Virus record (IMG/VR): IMGVR_UViG_3300045988_083449
Location: 1 to 64,000 of that record
Reading direction: 5' to 3' (one strand)
Length of the DNA stretch: 64,000 nucleotides
Origin: a virus
Made by a program: the position numbers and the translations under genes. This document shows, piece by piece, positions 62,301 through 64,000 of the stretch; the stretch's first letter is position 1; each line of letters begins with the position of its first letter. The notes beneath the pieces are model-generated. The model ran no database searches. It was not told where the DNA came from and saw nothing but the letters and a program-made list of their open reading frames with translations.

Positions 62301-63367
62301 TCAATAACAACAACGGTCGTATTCAGGGTATGAACAACGCCTTCTTCAAGGCAACAGGTCTTACTCAGTGGACAGCATTCTCTCGACAGATGTCGGCCAA
62401 CGTTGGCTTTGAAGCGATTAAGTGTTTCCAGCGACAGGCTCGTGAAGCAATGGCCTCAGGTAATCAGAACAGTCTGACCTATCGTAAGGCTATGTACTGG
62501 CTGAGAACGCTTGGTCTGAATGACCCCGAGTTTATTAACGGCAGAGCCTTAACCTCCTACGCAGATATGATCGAAGCGTGTAAGGCAGACCCGAGTCTAG
62601 AAAGCATGAACGAGAAGGTTGCAAGAGCTGTGGTTAAGTTCGTCAACCAATCCGCCTTTGCTCCCAACCGTGCAGACACTCCAGCTTGGGCACAGTCAGG
62701 ATTCGGAAGACTGGTGTTCCAGTTCAAGTCTTACCCGTTGATGTTAGGTCGTCTGACTAAGTGGGCTTTAGATTCCGCTCGTTTCAAGAACGGTGCCAAC
62801 ATCAAACCGTTAGTTCTCCTTGCGACACTTGGTGTCGGAATGGGCGCCGGTGGTCAGGCATTACGTGATGTGATCTCAGGTCGCAACATTGACTACGAAG
62901 ATGACGATCAGTCCTTTGCAGATATGCATAGTGTCAAGCAGAGACTCGCTTCTGAAATCTGCCGACAGATGGGTTGGGAATCTTGGGCGGACAGCCTTGA
63001 AGGTACACAGGTTGATTCCATTATCGGTTGGTATGCCTCAGGTCTGATGGGTCTTGGTGCCTTGGGTGTCATCGGTGACTTCGCATTCAACCTTACCGAA
63101 TCCACACAGGACGGAGCTTACGGGGAACTCAACGTTGCTAAGCAGCTCTTCGGCCCGTCATTCGGTACGGTCATGGATGCCTACCATGTTGCTAAGACTG
63201 GCTACAACATGACGGCGGAAGGTCTTGGTATTAAGAGTGAACGTCCGAGCAACAAGGACGAGAGAAGGGCTTTCAGTGTTCTTGAAAGCCGCATCCCTGT
63301 CGTCGGTGGATTCCGATCTCTCGGACGTGAACTCAAGGATTACTTAGTGCCCTTAGAGGAGAACTAA
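53318..63367 (+). CDS. giant multidomain virion-associated protein (3349 aa) with an HExxH motif
   Basis: Single uninterrupted ORF. Gly/Ala-rich hydrophobic N-terminal region (aa ~115-290). HELLH at nt 58448-58462. Hydrophobic C-terminal region. Last gene of the morphogenesis operon. Confidence 0.8.
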   Translation: MSVESLIQAGQKGYANIHDNDFYFSDSNFKEIGENEELTKFFMKQVDPDGSKYGGDVEKAKTGFLNDYTFKSNSIWGEVKGAVQSANYSEEERQQKNFLQRMYDTAPNRLTGSDGVSGAAQALGYGLAGGLVGEDGVDLGINIASTAASSWLGAKMGAAAGTAVAPGAGTVVGGALGAITGGALALFGKGALVKGTQQLTKEGAQQLLKQIATKEGKDALVKQVAKEYGWNTAKAEFAVNGVLGGVGGAAEEYKNENIGLSEGNFTDYLTSAGGGALMAGGIGGALGYVTSRFGEGRRLSKELVQDTRDGQKIMATIGDDGPRTYREAIEQRLKDIEEKEKPTQDEIIQKQQLEAEKKLYDKYRIPLTEEQRQGVNDLCSDLSIQLRQEANELDTFPSTSGHSPEKLRAVADMLDNLLDFNSAEKAVVDAEKSLVGGGDDARANLARVKAKWSALRSIGKYLNDNKLGERDSVYSLLDDATFMDFAKNLDENVKNAIIAENKRVYPEAGLRPGEELHPQTPIAQPKDTKGATATKPQPDTKASRKKADIAIKDNQSGKSASKIIDELKQEAQTNPEESALASMTPDEIGSIAPTIEDVIAGMPKEQASVLTQLTQSSVKPDGTPSQVPKEFMDALRSIPEDEGQFQQLVANLSQGSGIPADQLAPALKAAKQSYAAKVTEIEAKVGDLKATSEQILERLKNAQEQSAATSEATPISAEITPPKKTHEQISREAQKKRDQLQAEADMTKADKDEVVQRLSQSVSKTREVFASKETEVTSLIQDGMSLEDFKGTVPERLQPLIEGVTDMATARTVIKENAQRLADYSILSSINDVVGSENLVLFKKFLPLFGDDKDAVRLAKRLDNVVADIHARALNEADGEGFDSVLTSAINKGLVPLKGARKGRIDPVLEAAKWLPENVDEKVKAKAETLAKRVAKSCEHNAQFKKLSEEAQNSIKVRLIQSRVQGYLANRAEYEGVKNSVAADIQKAFDSVEALKGQKFDTMQDAMSAIGSAEERYRYVQSEDYIQSKLDDFFNKYQEPANLAPHQKEEGGKPVYDEKGNLVKVEKKKGVVDEKGNAVYETRYKNVNLNTSSSRYNLRKNFDQVKANALATASGRKAGKEIAALAQKLNPEGFKSLDAKGLTEKEAEGLILEGMFDRIMNMREKQILDRLVKNMVDGTEDLDEQAFEEIGRKFWNTKFTDSDKAILKEVARDEFEHAREREKLKAVITAYADKEKLTGADKQILSRIIEGMNRMLKEQHDVVIEKKTKGAKNAVDFNKTTPIVEAKDVVLDEKTGKLLIFGKEYGTFIKDESGRIVVTNQAGNTLTPAENLEKLMGRKNFQKILRKAEKEQAQEAKPKVAKETETKAPVTADEIIEEVRADAVDEIVEREAVKSAETEKSIADSASTFTSEDLDRPITDYYALVTDDQFITARVKRADGSVAWKHIYINKANPNASMRTALGNYQKQIDLGNVTIMGCPLRGGKRKGADTDWCAQNAFYLTNNKRGKTDPACISEKKAQTKLDGRVAEIKDSIGNDDPLIHLKAMDYPLEEKELKSVFFTGENGEEINGLDFINSFEQRAQQLSIAPGMTRDAFEKEVAKLSSMARLINEKLPYGYRRDNSSRINSARGLMVRMKGLNPSEKISALRALQQLDKDLAPNSSPYIFKGTDETPSGFGYEQNGKINKNGKRADKILVPNGTDGVQWSPAVSHELLHWGFTNLLTPDEKIQFLETCAKKYFNEDGTVNTKLAVKIGGSKEAVFKADGSLDVAELFAYEGTGYYGDRLTKQAAQANDSFWDMLVSKFKDLMSWIQGMRNDISPENIELFEKILPSEYNSNRYEAGVLYDLTAKERVAVSTLDSKTNKGVHGLNIMNNLEKVRADAFRAMFDPSMSLLDRAEAMKSVAGYLKGVIHGSRTEIGSEYIAKIRGKIIGYAEQISDAEGNKLIESKLKTNNLFIKGKKDNRQFGTVLEVYQDRYKSLGYSDEEAKRLAEGSVIDDVLDKAERGDALYSDDLLFDDVGEDAGYRATNTQSPDADTRSLSPERLAEINEQAEKETLDEANKWLRENNLPEVHSDNELSAAFEAGNIPREEMMDFMDFYETRLEELKGTAQAELVNKTEVGAPRGNSAAVQKTLGRLYDIIVDAEDSVITTMKNNGYALAPNERHRPSVAPKGEKFTPPSKPSGPKTPEVNVVKESVDAKALLGETDGIPNLAPPKIKAVLDSILTSEKPEVRDAVRRMLFRYSEFLGRDDLTVRDIANLLDIELPEFIDPDKVVDASASFIANPNGRKADADFYTDATTKLKSIGLYLTQGAKSDVNQLLSANLYLSLSDSMSMDVLEDGIKYIFDVGATPRVSRDSYKARLLNLPENVLDGMREFLKTDDLKKAFADIDFEKGTEGAFFTIDGKKVPVGDVVQTVYSNLAPEPTTVKAYTPITGAMDTAIDNGYAQNTSSAAVRIAALGKGCTPAQAEVTAGLIPTRIRNWWGDSVFKKALTSMDNGLSVVLSSNTKRCKDLGANFLAETGRFFYEDKSRFIGKHYDKLQTALRELRGSEVKGRSNLRNQIGNDFEDIKRSLLTNNHLGIVTENERGVIDFMRTATNDNWQRKWDNLNEVQRNAVTELTNQFETIRKEMVDLGIQVNDYRGMNGILHYLPQRFNKDWVTNNHDKFMEGMTKFFVSEGKSQRDAVNVAESLYSHIANDFEFSGFSGTDPKFARKSGEGLYARVLNIKPEQWKEFGLTDMFDNNLEALARDYIDHAGTLIERTKRWGVEGHGRAAYFSVQAGGLDGAANVLMHSQEAQKRIFQSGDNARLNSALEVNLFGPLTTNPEEAKKIAESIERALNDGVSVDNIVNTLVQLYAANRGAGLVHFQREMNCLVNGIKDFGLSVGPDAKIPQKHAKYLVQASDLLTGMRGAPKDDMAAIGWMTSLNNMTMLSMATIASLSDVGLIGVRSGEVMPFIKGIKATMKQMAGGDQAERDAIRSLGVQFETDRMNNFLNNNNGRIQGMNNAFFKATGLTQWTAFSRQMSANVGFEAIKCFQRQAREAMASGNQNSLTYRKAMYWLRTLGLNDPEFINGRALTSYADMIEACKADPSLESMNEKVARAVVKFVNQSAFAPNRADTPAWAQSGFGRLVFQFKSYPLMLGRLTKWALDSARFKNGANIKPLVLLATLGVGMGAGGQALRDVISGRNIDYEDDDQSFADMHSVKQRLASEICRQMGWESWADSLEGTQVDSIIGWYASGLMGLGALGVIGDFAFNLTESTQDGAYGELNVAKQLFGPSFGTVMDAYHVAKTGYNMTAEGLGIKSERPSNKDERRAFSVLESRIPVVGGFRSLGRELKDYLVPLEEN

Positions 63368-64000
63368 TCTAACAGGTCTGCTATGCGGTCTGCCGATTCT
63401 CGGTAGTACCGCATAGTCATCTTTATATCTGTGTGTCCTAGCTGACGAGCTAACGCTAAAGGCGGTAGCTTCTGAGCGGCATGAGTGCAGAACGTGGCCC
63501 TTCCGTCATGGAAACGGAGGGCTTCTTGTATTACGTTGCCGTGGCTGTCTTTCTTTATTGTGAATCCCAGCTTATCTCTAAGTCTTCTAAATATAGTAGT
63601 GACTGAACCTCTATGTAATCCGAACACCTTTGGGTAGCCTAACGGAAGAAGTAAGCTCAACAACTTCCGTGCTTCAGATGATAATGCGACATCTCTTCTG
63701 CGATTTGTCTTAGTGGCTTCGGCTGGAAGTGAGATTGACTTGTGACCAATCCATGATCTTTCAAGCTCACAGATTTCTCCCAGCCTCATTCCTGTTAATG
63801 TTGAAAAGACAAATGCTGCTACGACTCTTTGCGTAACAGACTTAGGCATATCTCTTGCATACCAACCTGCTTCTTGACAGAGCATGGCGATCTCTTGATC
63901 GGAGGCAATCCTTTCCCTAGGCGGGAGGCTTCTTAATTTCATAACGCCAGTCATAGGATTGGATTCAATGTAACCTTTGCGAATCGCAAACTGCAAAGCC
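63364..64000 (-). CDS. tyrosine integrase, N-terminus beyond the window edge
   Basis: LTGMRLGEI (R), RFHDGRATF (HxxR) and GHTDIKMTMRYY (H...Y). The reading frame is still open at nt 64000 (the track start is a TTG, not a real start). Confidence 0.8.
   Translation of the reverse strand, partial: ALQFAIRKGYIESNPMTGVMKLRSLPPRERIASDQEIAMLCQEAGWYARDMPKSVTQRVVAAFVFSTLTGMRLGEICELERSWIGHKSISLPAEATKTNRRRDVALSSEARKLLSLLLPLGYPKVFGLHRGSVTTIFRRLRDKLGFTIKKDSHGNVIQEALRFHDGRATFCTHAAQKLPPLALARQLGHTDIKMTMRYYRESADRIADLLD

Noticed and set aside
53318-63367. Calling the 3349-aa protein an N4-type virion RNA polymerase
   Set aside because: Only size, gene position and the N4-like AAA+/vWA pair support the call. 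I could not locate T7-like motifs (T/DxxGR, motif A/C aspartates, motif B R/K...YG) in a central domain by eye. I left it as a giant virion protein with HExxH.

Overview
The window is almost entirely one tailed-phage genome, or a prophage, of at least 64 kb. It is gene-dense and built from operon blocks that alternate in orientation. All product calls come from motifs I recognised by eye in the ORF-track translations and the DNA. No homology search was run.

Layout, left to right:
- 1-51: the 3' end of a tRNA gene, cut by the window edge and att-like.
- 173-4206 (-): an AlpA/Xis-like gene and a recombination module (PD-(D/E)XK nuclease, SSB-like protein with a ...DAIPF tail, Sak4-type ATPase).
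- 4298-7524 (+): a Prim-Pol/helicase replication block ending in a resolvase-like nuclease.
- 7578-18216 (-): a tyrosine recombinase, a sigma-region-4-like protein, a CobT-like vWA plus CobS/MoxR-like AAA+ pair, and many small ORFs.
- 18497-21754 (+): a packaging block ending in the large terminase.
- 21758-27608 (-): an inverted 6-kb accessory block with a secreted protein, DUF1599-like and MazG-like proteins, three DUF551-like paralogs and small membrane proteins. It ends in a four-gene tRNA cluster: Gly-UCC and Tyr-GUA are canonical, and two genes are non-canonical.
- 27610-28373: a 760-bp ORF-free region.
- 28374-63367 (+): the long morphogenesis block. It holds the portal, a fibre-like protein, a holin-like/GH24 endolysin cassette, scaffold-like protein, major capsid, a collagen-like fibre, several fibre proteins, three large internal/ejection-type proteins (848 aa, 856 aa with an SLT domain, 3349 aa with HExxH), and three opposite-strand morons.
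- 63364 to the window edge (-): a second tyrosine integrase, truncated by the edge.

The most unusual content is at 38119-42669. Three paralogous tail-fibre-like proteins have C-termini that become period-3 cysteine arrays (5, 14 and 21 Cys). They are followed directly by two radical SAM/SPASM maturase-type enzymes. This is the architecture of a RiPP-like maturation system acting on virion fibre proteins.

A stand-alone NrdD-type glycyl-radical domain ORF lies about 850 bp downstream of that cluster. I saw no rRNA, no CRISPR array and no transposase.
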